A stretch of DNA of 63,383 nucleotides, counting the filler, from Neolecta irregularis DAH-3 (Eukaryota), in the NCBI GenBank assembly GCA_001929475.1. It is 20 parts of 20 records of this genome, joined end to end, with 100 filler letters (N's around TTAATTAATTAA, not from the genome) between each part and the next. Parts side by side here need not be neighbours in the genome. Positions count along the whole stretch, not along the records: positions 40,139 to 41,629 come from LXFE01002038.1; positions 41,730 to 45,220 come from LXFE01002039.1; positions 45,321 to 46,528 come from LXFE01002053.1; positions 46,629 to 52,434 come from LXFE01002054.1; positions 52,535 to 56,610 come from LXFE01002056.1; 15 more parts are not named here. One strand, written 5' to 3'. Below, piece by piece: positions 40,139 through 53,108 of this stretch. The number at the start of each line of letters is the position of its first letter. Position 1 is the first letter of the stretch. The notes under the pieces are model-generated. The model saw only the letters and a list, made by a program, of their open reading frames with translations, was not told the DNA's origin and did not search any database. Made by a program: the position numbers and the translations under genes.

Positions 40139-41629
40139 AGGGATGAGGACGATGCCTGTATCAGTGAGATCTCTCGATTTTGCTTGTCGCCTCATATATA
40201 GTTGGTCAGCGATAACAACATATTTGTGAAGATATTTCTGGTATTTATTTTGATTCGAGAGGGATCCTGGACCGTGTATAATAGTCGGGTTTCGGAGAAA
40301 ATGGAAAATCTGAGATAGGAGTGGCTCGTAATCAGGATTCTCCTCTTCAATTAGGAAACCGGCTTCTGTTCTTTCTTCCTCTTCAATATCCGGCTCAGAA
40401 TTATTTGCAATTCTAGAGAAAAGATCAGCAAAGATATTATCCTTGCCAGGAATATTGTGGATTTCGAGATCAAAGTCCTGTAAGCGCATAATATATCGAG
40501 AATGTCGGGATGATAGCTCAGCTTTATTGAATAGGTAGGTTAGGGATTTATTATCACAATAAAGGTGGGTCTTTCTTCCAATTAGGTATCTTGAATATCG
40601 TCGTAAGCTATGGTCCACAGCAAGGAGTTCCTTGTCGAGGATAGTGTAATTAAGTTCTGACTTGTGCAGTTTTCTCGATATAAACGATATTGGTCGAGAA
40701 ATCCCATTTTGAATTTGGGTAAGAGCAGCTCCAATTGCATAGTCAGAGGCATCTGTGTAGAGGTGGTAGTCTGAATTTGTTTCGGGCCAAGCTAAAATTC
40801 TTGTTCCAAGTTCTCGGGCTTCATCCAGGAGATCTTGAAATTCCCGTATCATATCATTTGTAACGATAAATTTGCTGGTATTTGAAAGTGAATTGGTGAG
40901 ATGCAAGGTCTTACCAGCAAAATCGGGAATCTTGTCTCGATGGAAGCCAATCATGTGGATAAACGATCTCGCCTCTTTCTTTGTTCGTGGTGGGGATTGT
41001 AGAAGGATCTTATCGAGAAGTTTTTGAGCAGCGCGAATTCCTTCCTTATTGACCACATGCGCAAATACCTCATAATCCTTTTGAAGTAACTGGCATTTAT
41101 CTGGTCTGAGAATAATATTAGTATCTCGACACTTCTGTAGGAATGCTTTTATATATTGGAAATGTTGATCGATTCCATCTTCAAGTTTCGAATGAATCGT
41201 AATATCATCAAAATAGTTAGAGATATTAGCAAGTTGGTTCAGATGAATATGTGTAGCACGCGCCCATGTTGCTGGAGCATATTTTGGGCCAAACTGCATT
41301 ACATTTGTTCCGAAATGGCCCCAGGGGGTAGCCATAATAAGGACTTCCTTTGCGCGATTACTTGTTTGTATTTGTTGGAAGGCTTTAAGGGCATCAAATC
41401 CTGAAAACAAACTTGATCCTCGTAGTGACTCAAGAGTTTGTCGAATATCGGGGATAAAAAAATCATTTTTAGCAGTTCGTTTGTTAAGTTCACGTACATC
41501 CCATACAAGGCGATATTCATTTGTCCGAGCTTTCCGAACAACCCAAATAGGGAAACCCCATTTAACAGGACCGTGGATTTCAAACAAAAGTCCAGCATTG
41601 ACTTGTTTGGAAATTTCACCTTTGGCGAA
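40139..41629 (-). mobile_element. Ty3/Gypsy pol fragment: reverse transcriptase + RNase H, uninterrupted ORF
   Basis: YRLVWDVRELN, FDALKAFQQI, VMQFGPKYAPATW, YFDD, YTDASDYAIGAAL, ELNYTILDKELLAV, PGKDNIFADLFSR. Confidence 0.95.
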
Positions 41630-42353
41630 NNNNNNNNNNNNNNNNNNNNNNNNNNNNNNNNNNNNNNNNNNNNTTAATTAATTAANNNNNNNNNNNNNNN
41701 NNNNNNNNNNNNNNNNNNNNNNNNNNNNNCATAGTTTATATTGTTTCTAACACAAGGTTACAATATGAAAAAATATTATAGTATATCATAAAATGCAAAA
41801 AATGACATCAGATTTTCATATTGTTGCCAACACTGGTGATACAGGTAACTGGTAAGCGGGCGGGGGGAGAGAGGTAGGCAGAACTGGGGGGATGGTAGGA
41901 CAGGAGGGATGTGTGGGACTGGAGGGATAGGCAGGACTGGAGTACAGGAGGGATGGGTGGGACAGGAGGGACAGGCAGGATGGGAGGGACTCACTGGAGG
42001 TACAAGTTATGGGAGAGGCTAGCAAGGCTGGTTGGTAAGGCTGGCCATGGGTAGGCAAGGCAGGTAGGAAGGGGAATAGGGATAATACAGTCAAGGGGAA
42101 GGGCTGCCAAATTGTATTATCTAATATCATGTGATGTATCAATATTATTAATATATTCAATATTGACAGGTTTAACAATTGATTTGATTGATAGTCTGGG
42201 GACTACATATTGATTGAATTGAATTGAAAATTTTCAATCAATTCAATCAATATATTGAAATGGTTGATTGATTTGCAAGCCTGTCTTTATGAAACACAAG
42301 TCTAAACCAAAAACAAGCAACATATATCAACAAACTCAAAAACAGAACAAACC

Positions 42354-44551
42354 ATGGCAAGAGAACCACAACCAATGGATAGACACACACAATTGTCGAG
42401 CAGAAGAACGGAAGAACCTCGGACAGGTGATGACCTACAAAGATTAATGTAGCAAATACAGGCTGTAAGAATTACAGAAGAACAAACAAAACAGGATCCA
42501 CAAACAGAACAGGATCCACAAACCGAACAACAGAGAATAGTAATAGAACAACAGCAAGCAGCAACAGAACAGGAGTGAATGGAAACATGAGAACGGAGAT
42601 ACCAACAGGAAGACAATGAGCAAACACCATGCCCAGGGTCAGACAACTGGATAACAATGAGTATAGTGAGACAACAAGCAGCAAACCAGTATAGATTACC
42701 ACCACGACCAGCATCAGTAACACTATTGTCAGATACACCTACCTGACCACCAACCCAAGTAGAGTACTGAGAAATTCAACAACTGAGAACTATTTACCCA
42801 AGACTATCAGAACCGAAACACTTTACTTGGAAAGGAAATACCAACGTACTCAAGACTTGGCTGAGCGACTTAGACAATTACTTCATACTAGAAGGGTATG
42901 ACATAGATGATGGGGTAGACCTGTTGTTGGCAGGCTACCTACTAGATAGTGATGCCAAGGACTGGTGGAAAGCAAGGAAGAATTTGATTACATTGTGGAA
43001 GCAATTTCAACAAGAAATAATCAAAGAATTCATACTATCAACAGTGAAAGATACACCCTTAGATGAATGGAGATGACTTCACAAGAATTATCAGCATACA
43101 TTTCAGAATTAGGGAAATATCATCAACTACTACCCGAAATAAATGATTTTGCAGCAGAAACCAAGCTGTGGGAAGGGATGAACATGATAGTCAGAAGAAG
43201 AGCCAAGCCAATGGTACTGGATAATGCAACATTTTCTGAGACAGCAAGAATAGCAGAGAAGTTTGACTCAGCATACAGACTTGAAAGAAGTCAATCAATT
43301 AATAGACAATCAGATACAGGAAGAGCAACATACCAACAACCTATAGCAATGCCAATAACTAATCATTATCCACCATAACAGAGCCACCAAATACCAACAT
43401 GATTTCAAGCTCAGGCAAGATTAACACCAGATGAAAGGCAATGACTGCTTGATAATAATGGATGCCTACTCTGTAGGAAATTCAATGCAGGGCATTGGGC
43501 AGTCAATTGTCCAGACTGGAGAGTACCACAGAATCAAGTACAGCAACCTGGTAGGAATGGACCAGACAGCAGGAATAATCAACAGTTTCAACCAAATACG
43601 AACCACACAAAGACACCAGCCAATCAGAACAGATGAAGAGCAGAACTTTCCTATGCAGATGTTGCATAACAAGCACGGAAATTGAAAGCCATGAATGGAC
43701 CAGAGACAGTAATGGTTAACATATCACTTGGAGGATGAGAGGCATGATGTCTTATCGATACAGGTAGCACTGTCAACTTGTTAGACATGTCCTTTGCACA
43801 TTTGAATAACTTATATGCAAAACAGAGATCCTACAATGCTTAACTTCATAGTCAAGGGCAGCAAAGCGAAGACAACAGCCGAGATTGAGCTAGATATAGC
43901 TCACACAAAGCTACCAGGATGGGTATCCAAGCAGAAGTTCCTAATTGCTAACACAAACAATTATGATGCATTACTAGGTACACCATTTCTAGCTGATGAA
44001 AAAGCCATTGTCTCTATAAACCCCTGCAGTTGTCAGATTGCAGGGGAAGAGCTAGTCAACAAGTTAGTCCAGATTAACAAGAAGGATGGAAGCATACCAT
44101 CAGAAGTCCATACCATAGAACCAGATCAGATAGCGGATGAACAGTTTGTCAAAGAAACTAAAGCTTTCTTTGAGAAGTATTAACAGAATTTCAGAACATG
44201 GCTCAAACCTTCACCAAAATTTCCAGGATCGCATGAAATCATTCTTTTGGATACTAGTGAGAAGATCAACTCTCCAGTAGTGAAGTCACCAATTGCACAT
44301 CTACCATTCCTACAACAGTTTTTCAAGAGAGAAGTAAAGGAAGGATGTATGTGAGTATCGTCTTCACCTATAGCAGCATCAGCATTTTTCACAGCAAAGC
44401 CTAATACCGAGAGATTGGAACTCCAGAGTTCAGAATTCCAAAGATTAGATCCTGAGCAGAAGCTTGACAAGTTCCTAGAATATTACCACTGTGTTCATGA
44501 TTATAGAAAGCTAAATCTGAACATTTTACCAGACAGAACATCAACCCCACA
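42354..44551 (+). mobile_element. Degenerate Ty3/Gypsy gag-protease-RT (multiple stops/frameshifts)
   Basis: CLLCRKFNAGHWAVNC knuckle-like, LIDTGS protease, YDALLGTPFL, SSSPIAASAFF, HDYRKLN; truncated by hAT-like end at 44552. Confidence 0.85.
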
Positions 44552-44690
44552 CAGTGTTCCTAACTGACTGGACCAAATAGATGGTCCAAGTAAACGGTCC
44601 AAGTAGACCAGACCAGACCGGCAATAATTTTGGTCCAAATGGACCAGACCAAAGGGTCAAGTCAGTCTGGATGGTCTGGTGGTCTGAATA
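44552..44690 (+). mobile_element. hAT-like transposon end CAGTGTTCCTAA with GACCA/TGGTC subterminal repeats
   Basis: Terminus shared with 39657-39668 and 63319-63330. Confidence 0.65.
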
Positions 44691-45694
44691 ATTCATATAC
44701 ATAATTAATAGTTAAGAATAAATAGTAGAAGAGAAATGGTACTTGGTAAAGGGAATTTTGTAGAGGTAAGGCTAATTGAAGTTAGATTTATTGGTAATGA
44801 AAATATCAAAAAGATTTATTTCCTGCAGCAACAGGAAATAACCAATAGTGGCACACTGCCAAAATCAAGTTTAAAACAGGGTTTAGGGTTAGATAAACCA
44901 GAGGGACAGATAGCTTAACTGCATAAAACTGCCATTCGTGGGTTGCATTTATGTAGTATATGGCCTGGCCTTAGGTAGAAGAAAAGACGCCTCCCTTTTT
45001 TTTGTTGTTTGTTGAGGGTTTGTAGCTGCCGTTGAGCCCCCCCTCCTGTACTGTACCCCAAGACCCATAAGGCACTCTTGGGCTTCACAGGGTAAGTTTT
45101 TTTGCAAATACTGATACGATTTGGGGTGTGCCTAGCAAGTGTAACAAAACATGTACAAATAAATATAAAGAGGAGGATATATACAAAGTCTGTATCTAAC
45201 TACGTAATTTTCCATCTACANNNNNNNNNNNNNNNNNNNNNNNNNNNNNNNNNNNNNNNNNNNNTTAATTAATTAANNNNNNNNNNNNNNNNNNNNNNNN
45301 NNNNNNNNNNNNNNNNNNNNGCGTCTATCTCTCCTGGTGGCTGGTGCTGTGCCAGTGCTTGCTGCAGCCCGCAGTCAGTCAACTATTGCCCGCTATCAAT
45401 CAACCATAGCCTGCAGTCAGTCAAACCTCGCCAGCAGTCAATCACCACCATCCATCAAGGCTGTATTCGCCCCGCTCGACTCGCTGCGGCTGCTGTGGAT
45501 GGTGCGTACCTGCGCAAAGTCTTTGAGGCCGGGCAGTCAGTCGCCCCTACTTGGCACCGGGACTTAGCAACAGCTTACAGGTGTTGTGAACAAAAAAGGA
45601 GATCCCTATTCTCTATCTAAGAACCAGTTTATATACCTAATACAATGACAACCTAAACAATTTTTATTTTTATTTTTATCCTTTTCTGACACGC

Positions 45695-45836
45695 TCAAAT
45701 GCCTTGCTCCACGTTCTGATTCGAGGAGACAGAGGATATCGTATTCACAGACAGACCCCAGCGCATTTCGAATAAGACTGCTCCTGCCTTCGTCCATCAG
45801 TTCAACTCGAACCTGAGAGACTCCTCCGCGTGATCC
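45695..45836 (-). pseudogene. RPS28: Degenerate ribosomal protein S28 fragment
   Basis: GSRGGVSQVRVELMDEGRSSLIRNALGSVCEYDILCLLESERGARHL; lacks N-terminus and native stop. Confidence 0.85.
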
Positions 45837-47075
45837 ATGACTTTATCTTTGGTTGTATGAAGGACTTTCTGCGGGCGAGGAAGGTGAGAGAGCTGAAGGA
45901 GAACGAGCTGCTGGGGTGGGTTTATCCCGGGGAGGACACGGAGGTCCATTGTAACAGAGACAGTCTCTGGTGGAGAGGATGCGCGGGCGAGACCGACCTG
46001 TATCTCGAGGACGGAGGAGCGGGAGACGCCGCAGGTGGAAAGAGAGGGCTTGCAGGATGCCTGGGAGGACTTGTTGAAGATAGGAATCCTCGTTTTTTTC
46101 GTTTATGGCGGACCAGGTGGGCAGGATGCCCTGGAATTCGACTGGGCGCGGGGAAGGCGCAGGGGTTGGCAGGTCGTTCTCCTTGTGCGGCAGCGGAATG
46201 ATGGGCATGTCGCTGACCAGCGCATCGCTGAGATCCGTCAGATCAACGTCGAGCTCGGGCGGAGTTGGATTTGATGGCTGTTTATTCATGTTGTTGCAGG
46301 CAGAGCGGGCCGGGAGCAGCGACAAGGCCAAGAAGAAGCCGCTTCGGCTGATACCGAATAGCCTGGACCGGCAGAAGCAGACGAAAAAAACAACGACGCC
46401 GACTGCTGCTGGTGGAGGTTATGGTGCCCGAGAACAGAAGCCGAGGAGGGTCTGCTGGATGGATTGGGCGGTTTGTGTTTACGACCTGCACCGGCAGCGC
46501 GTTTTGATTCGGAGGCGGTGTAAGGCGGNNNNNNNNNNNNNNNNNNNNNNNNNNNNNNNNNNNNNNNNNNNNTTAATTAATTAANNNNNNNNNNNNNNNN
46601 NNNNNNNNNNNNNNNNNNNNNNNNNNNNATCTTCACAACCTAATCTTTGGACAAGATAAGAAATGATGAGTGGTAATGAGTTTTGTAATTTGAGTGTTAA
46701 ACCAGGTATCTAATTGACAAGCAATATCAATTTGGATAGAGAGTCTAGTATAATTGCTATAATTGCCTGCAATTTTGTAAGAGTTTGATAGTTTGATTAT
46801 ACTAGAAGAGGCGCCCTGGCATCAATTCTGCTCTTATAGCAATTTAAAATGAGCGAATCTAGTTCAATCTTAAAATTCTCCAGAGGAGTAATCCTATCAA
46901 GGAGAATAACGTAATGTCACGCTTCCTATATGAAAAAATATTACAAGACACTAATTTTTGTCTCGACACAATTTGATATATAGCAAGGATTTTCTTCATA
47001 TTGAGCATACAATAAAAAATAAGTCGCATTATTTAGGCAAGTTCCCACTGGTTAGAAAAAACATTCTCCACCAAA

Positions 47076-48306
47076 ATGATGACAAACTTTCCTATCCTGA
47101 AGAATGATCTTCTTTTGCGAGCTGCAAAGGGTTAATTTAAGATGCATAAAGGTTCTCACGTTATAGGCGAAAAGGTTGAACGGTTTCCTTGCTGGATTAT
47201 GAGGCAAGCAGGTCGATATTTACCAGGTATGTCTTTTCTTTTGAACTCAAATCCACGTACAAATTTCAGAGTTGGAATTCGAGTATGCGAACGGAATGCG
47301 TTCTGATATGACATAGAATACCATGAAATCCGCGGCTCTCACGATTTCTTTACAGTGTGTCAGACACCATCCCTTGCTTGTGCAATAACCCTTCAACCAA
47401 TCAATCGCTATGCTGACATCGATGCCGCCATTATATTTTCTGACATTCTTGTCATACCTCAGGCTCTTGGCATGGAAGTAGTCATGGAAGAAAAACGGGG
47501 ACCTGTCTTTCCTGAGCCATTGGTTGTACCAATGGATCTCAAAAGACTCCATCGACCAGACGTGAAAAAAGAGTTGGACTATGTGTTCAAAGCACTTCGC
47601 TTGACGAGAACAGAATTAAATGGGCGAGTCCCGCTGATTGGATTTTGTGGAGCTCCTTGGACGTTGATGAGTTATATGATCGAAGGAGGAGGAAGCAAGT
47701 CTTTTGCAAAAGTCAAATCTTGGATTTTTGCTTATGAAAAAGAAAGTTTAGGGCTATTAAATCTATTGACAGATGTCTGTGTAGACTTTCTCGTGGAGCA
47801 AGTCCACGCCGGCGCCCAGGTAACCTGACTCGATATTCTTTCGGCTGATAAAGATGTTGCAAGTCTTTGATTCATGGGCTGGCGAACTTTCACCTTCCGA
47901 TTTCCAGACCTTTTCACTGCCATTTCTACGACGAATTGCTACTGAGACCAAACAACGGCTTGGTGAAAACGCTACACCCATGACTGTCTTCGCAAAGGGA
48001 GCCTGGTACGCACTTGACATTCTTTGTTCAACAGATTATGATGTTATCGGTCTCGATTGGACTCACGATCCTGCGGAGGCCGAGATAATTGTTCGGGGCC
48101 GCAAAGTGCTGCAAGGAAATCTTGATCCCGGCGTTTTGTATGGATCAGACGAGACCATGAAACGTAAAACAGGAGATATGCTTGGTGCATTTAATAATCC
48201 TCATATTTTAAACTTGGGACATGGGATAACGCCCGGTGTAAATCCGGAAATGGTGAGCAAGTTCCTTAGAGAATGCCATATATTCTTTGAAAATAAAGCT
48301 TTATAG
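47076..48306 (+). CDS. HEM12: Uroporphyrinogen decarboxylase
   Basis: [78 protein letters not shown]. Confidence 0.98.
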
Positions 48307-48731
48307 AAATACTGTCGAGATTAATCATTGTTATTGAGTATTGAAGGAAGAGAAACAAAACTTTTCCTTTATTTACAAATATTTTTCACGTTGAGTTTAA
48401 TGTGTTGCTGAAGCAATAGCCCATTCGCTCAGCTTATTCTCACATCTTTCGTTTTCTTTCGGTGTACGGAACTGTCAGCGCACTCGTCTGTATGTGGTGC
48501 TGGTTGAGGCTCGGGTTGGTTAGTCTGACTTAGTTACTAAGATAAGAAGTAACTGAGTATATTGAGTATCGCTTCGAAGCCTGCCCTGCTAGTCAGGGTA
48601 GGCGCTACTTAAGTACAAATCCGCTCATCTGCACAATACCGTCATTTGCCTCTTGCCTTCCTGTGACGTACTTGGTGGTCAGTCTGATGACCACCCTGAA
48701 TGGCTGAAGCCATGACGCTGGTGGTTTCCCT

Positions 48732-49841
48732 TTACCAATCCGTTAGTGATCGCCAACGGTTTGGTGGTGACTGTGGCGACCCGGGGATTCGCGATCGTAT
48801 GGGGACGCTCGAAGTCCCCACAGGAACGCTTGTCATGTTATAGACTTCCTCTGGTTGTGCTTTCATTTTTGTCTCATTCCAAAGATTTTGCAATTCTGGT
48901 TCACTTGACTCGTTGGCTCGCTTTTGTTCATGATTCCTTTCATATAATCTCCGCGAAATGTACTGGACCAGAGAAGTCAATTCATTTAACGACGGAAGAG
49001 GAACATTAAGATCCTCCTTTCGTCTTTGAGTGCTGAAGCGATAGAACAGGGAAGGATTCTGCAGTGTCAGGCTTGTAGATTTTCTGGGCTCTTCTGGCGT
49101 TGCTGAAGCAATTTTTTCCATTTTCCGGTCGAGTTCTGGGAAGCGGTACAGTCGAAGTTTTTCTTTTAGAGATTTTATTTCGTCCTTCTCAATACTCGTA
49201 AGTCGTATTTTGGGCCTATTCTCTTCTGAGGTGAAACTTTGTAGTCGATATTTGACAGTTGAGTGTTCTTCCTCTCTTGGGGATGCCTTTGCCCCAGGTT
49301 CATGATCCTGGGTGTTGACACGAAGGCGGGGACTCACAAAAACTTTGGACAGCGGCCTATTTGACTTATGTTCCATGGAATTGATGCTCCCTGTAGAAGC
49401 ATCAAGAGCTGAGAACATGAAATTATTCATGCCTGCATGAGAACCTGCCACAACAGAAGGTCGCCGGTTGGGAGATGGACTTTTCCTTGCTACTCTTTTC
49501 AATTTTAATGATATTCTCGGAGACTGGTGCTGGTGCTGGTACTGAGCTTCATTATGCGACAGAAATTCTTGAGGAGGTTGATGATATAGAGAACGATCCT
49601 CGTATGTATTCCGAGAACTGATTTGCAACGGTGGCTCATGGGAAGACGGAAGATAGGGAGTATGATCTTTGTACGAAGGCTGGGTGTTGAAGTACAGGGA
49701 AGACTCGGGAAGAGACTGATGACGGGGATGACTCTGGGAAGAACTACTCGGCAGCTGTCGATGCGGATGGCGAGTGGGCACAACGCTGCTGACCAGGTCC
49801 CATAAGACTGCCGTCCAGATAAAAGGAGCATAGAGAACCAT
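48732..49841 (-). CDS. Hypothetical, possibly secreted low-complexity protein
   Basis: 369-aa open frame, hydrophobic N-terminus (MVLYAPFIWTAVLWDLVSS), H/Q/S-rich; no recognised domain. Confidence 0.55.
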   Translation of the reverse strand: MVLYAPFIWTAVLWDLVSSVVPTRHPHRQLPSSSSQSHPRHQSLPESSLYFNTQPSYKDHTPYLPSSHEPPLQISSRNTYEDRSLYHQPPQEFLSHNEAQYQHQHQSPRISLKLKRVARKSPSPNRRPSVVAGSHAGMNNFMFSALDASTGSINSMEHKSNRPLSKVFVSPRLRVNTQDHEPGAKASPREEEHSTVKYRLQSFTSEENRPKIRLTSIEKDEIKSLKEKLRLYRFPELDRKMEKIASATPEEPRKSTSLTLQNPSLFYRFSTQRRKEDLNVPLPSLNELTSLVQYISRRLYERNHEQKRANESSEPELQNLWNETKMKAQPEEVYNMTSVPVGTSSVPIRSRIPGSPQSPPNRWRSLTDW

Positions 49842-50482
49842 CGTTGTGGGGTCGCAACGCCCACCGGCTTGTCACCGCCATCGCGCAATAGCACAGAGAG
49901 CAGCAAGGGCCGCAGCTCATCCCAGTCGAGCCGGCCACAAGCATCGCCACCCTGCAAGGCCACAGAAAGGCAGGCAGGCAGATGGCGGCAGCACCCGTGT
50001 GGCAGATCTCAGCGCCCAGCCGGACTAGATGGCGAGGCTTTCACCTGATATTCCATATACGTAGTTACTCTTACTCATAGCATCGACGTCGGCATGTCCA
50101 ATCTACCAGCACCCAACCAATAATACTAAGGAAAGAACAAACGAAAGTTCCTTTTATCCTTGGAAACTTAAGGCAATTCTGGATCTCCGAAATGAGAGCT
50201 CAGATGTCAATGGCTCCAAAACATTCGAATTTGACACGGGGGAGTAAAATTAATGTGATTCTGGGGATCCAAAGACATATCTAGCCCTAATAATAGAATC
50301 GGTCTAGAAGCTACCAGGCTACTTGAACAACGGTTCTCTGTCAAGATGATTCAAGTTACAGGACTTACGGGGAGATGCAGTAGTGAAAAAAGTCGATATA
50401 GAAGAGTGACCCTTCCTATCTTTATGGTCTACAATCAAGACTATTCCACAAGATACCTGTTTAGATGTATAACAGAGTTGTT

Positions 50483-51311
50483 TCAGTGCCTCCTGGCTCC
50501 CCGAGCAACTCGTCTTTTCTTTTCGGCTTTGACGGCAAGGCCGACTTCATCAACATCCATCCGCTCTCCCTTTACCTTTTTTAGGCCTGCCTTTACTGAA
50601 TCGATTTCCTTCCGATAATTATCTTCTTCTATGTCTTTTACTTGAGCCTCGTTGCGCATATATTCCACTCGTCTTGTAATGTCGGCAAGCACAGTAGTGC
50701 ACTGCCCATTCCATTGTTTGAAGATGGCAAGAATCCTTGAGGGATCTGTGGGAGAAAGATCTCTGCCGAAAGTCGAGGACACTCGAAGAATCTGATTTTT
50801 CGAATCGAGTTTGGCGGATAGCAGAGAGGCGTAGATTGTGTTTATTATGAGATCTTCGAGAGCTGCTTGAGAGGTAATATTAAGGTCTGAGCGGAGTTCC
50901 GAATAGGGAACTACCTGGGTGTTAGACTGTAGAACAACAGGGAATTACATGGTTTTGTGAGCAGAGAGTGACGAGTGTTAACTGCTGAAGTTTATGGCGT
51001 TGGATTGGCGACAGAAGTTCGGCTGGGCTGTCAGATTTGCAGTTTAGCGCAAGCACGGTCAAGATCTTTAAGCGTTCCCCAGCAAAAGACTTGAAGAATA
51101 TTGAAGATTTGTTCGAATTCCCCGTCTTTTAACTATGGTCAGTGCTGGAGTGGAAGAACCAAACGGCATGGATGTTTGGGCAATCCAGAAGCTCCTTGAA
51201 CACAAAACACTCGGGATCGCTTGTTGCCTTGTATATTAGATCTGCAGCCGCCTTGCTCTTGAGCGACTTGGCCAACAGGACGTACTTTTGCAGGGCGGCC
51301 AGGTAGGACAT
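50483..51311 (-). CDS. CSN7: COP9 signalosome subunit 7 (PCI domain)
   Basis: ALQKYVLLAKS..AAADLIYKATSDPECFVFKELL, LQVFCWGT, KLQQLTLVTL, LEDLIINTIYASLLSAKLDSKNQ..STFGRDL. Confidence 0.9.
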
Positions 51312-51448
51312 ATGGTGGTTGTTCAGGCGGCTTAAAGACTTATCTATACCCAACCTCCAGGGTAGTCAATACAATTCTATCCCTATACATGCCTAAACAG
51401 CCCATGCTCTCTTTTCCAAATGCCCAACTCCGAGACACATCGCACAGC

Positions 51449-51956
51449 TTAAATACTACTCGAATCGCCTACCGCTGCCGTCTTTTGCCATCGCTGTTGG
51501 CGGATCTGCGCCCGTTGTGCTCGCCGCTGTGCCCGTTCTTCCTTCCGCCGCCGCCGCCGTGATTCTTGTGTTGTGTCCATAATAGTGCCCTGTAATCCCT
51601 CGCCTTTAACGAAAAAGCGATACAGTGTCCCGCTGTGTTGCCTTGATGCTGCCTGCGCCCGCTCCACTGCCACAGACAGTGATGCTTCTCCTGCACCACC
51701 TTTCTTCCGTCAGACAATCTCCAGCCCGGGCCATACTTTTCGTATGTTCTTGATCCCTTCGTCAAAGAGTTTATTCCACCATTCGTTCCCGTGCTTTTCA
51801 TCTGCCCCGATCTGCTAATGTTAACACGGAAAAAACCCAGCGTACCCCGCGCAGATTTGTTTTTCGTGATGTCAGGAGGGGTTTGCTAATCGCGCCCTTT
51901 CTAAACGGATTGCCTTTTTGCCAGCCATACGATTCGAGAATCGCCATAGAGTTCAT
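51449..51956 (-). CDS. TMA23: Tma23/GPATCH4-like nucleolar G-patch protein
   Basis: Spliced: LESYGWQKGNPFRKGAISKPLL..|..EWWNKLFDEGIKNI..|..LYRFFVKGEGLQGT, basic tail. Confidence 0.8.
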
Positions 51957-52273
51957 TTGGCTGGGTCTTCTTCGGTCGGAGATTTACCTACAACTTTTCC
52001 AAAACAGGGCTTTCCCCAAACAGCTACACGCCACAAGAAAAATTATTCCAAGGTTCGCCTATAATCTTGGAATTATTAGTTTCTAGCATATATAGCGGGT
52101 TTTAAATTACACTGGCTTAGTGTCATCCATGAGCCCTAGATCATGTTTGAATAGACATTATTACTCCCCATGTGTAACATTATGCAGAAGTTATTACTCT
52201 CATCCTCATAATATTAGCGACCGGTGGACCTAAAACTCATAGGCCTTTGGAAAATTCTTGAAATACAGACTAA

Positions 52274-52400
52274 GGGTGCATTTGGTTCGCACCAAATTTC
52301 ATTAAATGTGGCTTTTCTTGATTTTCAAAGCGTTTGAAATTTTCAGCGCGCGTTTGGTGTGCACCACATTTTATAAAATATGGCTTTTCTTGCGCGCTTT
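52274..52400 (+). mobile_element. PIF/Harbinger-Tourist-like element end (GGGTGCATTTGG after TAA); related end at 58700-58781 (-)
   Basis: Shared GGGTGCRTTYRG..CACC..AAATTTCAT block; flanking TAA typical of Harbinger TSD. Confidence 0.5.
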
Positions 52401-52744
52401 GGGTGAGGATCCTCCCAAATTCTTCCAAAAAAAANNNNNNNNNNNNNNNNNNNNNNNNNNNNNNNNNNNNNNNNNNNNTTAATTAATTAANNNNNNNNNN
52501 NNNNNNNNNNNNNNNNNNNNNNNNNNNNNNNNNNCTTCCGCGCATGTGTTCCTGGGAATCGCACCAAATGCACCGGAGGGGTCTGTCCATAGCTGATCGA
52601 AAACTACCCGTGGCCGCTGGAACCTGAGGGACGACTATCTTGGCTTTCAGAAAAGCGATTTCTGCGCGGAGACATAATAACGTCGCCGTCCGCGTCATAC
52701 CGGACTGGAACGGGATTACTCGTCTTGTTGAGGANNNNNNNNNN

Positions 52745-53108
52745 CCTTCTTCTCATCATTGTTTTTGAACGCCGAACTCGAAGATTGCCGGGTCGACAAA
52801 ACTGGGCCGCTTTAGTCTGGACTGCATACTTTTCAATGTCTCTCATCTTGGTATATCCGTTCTTGCTGCGTCGAATAGCTGAAATCTCGATAGCTACGGG
52901 GTATATTTCGGGTGGTTGAGTATTCGATGGGGTTTACGGGATATCTCTCTGTTCACGAGGGTATATTCCTTGTAATAAACCTGACAGACTCGTAGTCTTT
53001 TGGTATGTCTTTGATGCGCTTCCTATGATTGCTGCCACTGCCGTATGGAGTGCTATTCCACCACATCGATATTTCGAGCGAATCGACCTGGACAAAGCTG
53101 AGAAATAA
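52745..53108 (+). CDS. RTA1-like (Rsb1/lipid-translocating exporter family) protein, C-terminal part
   Basis: SLIL|LRGIFRVVEYSMGFTGYLSVHE|VFWYVFDALPM. Confidence 0.85.
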
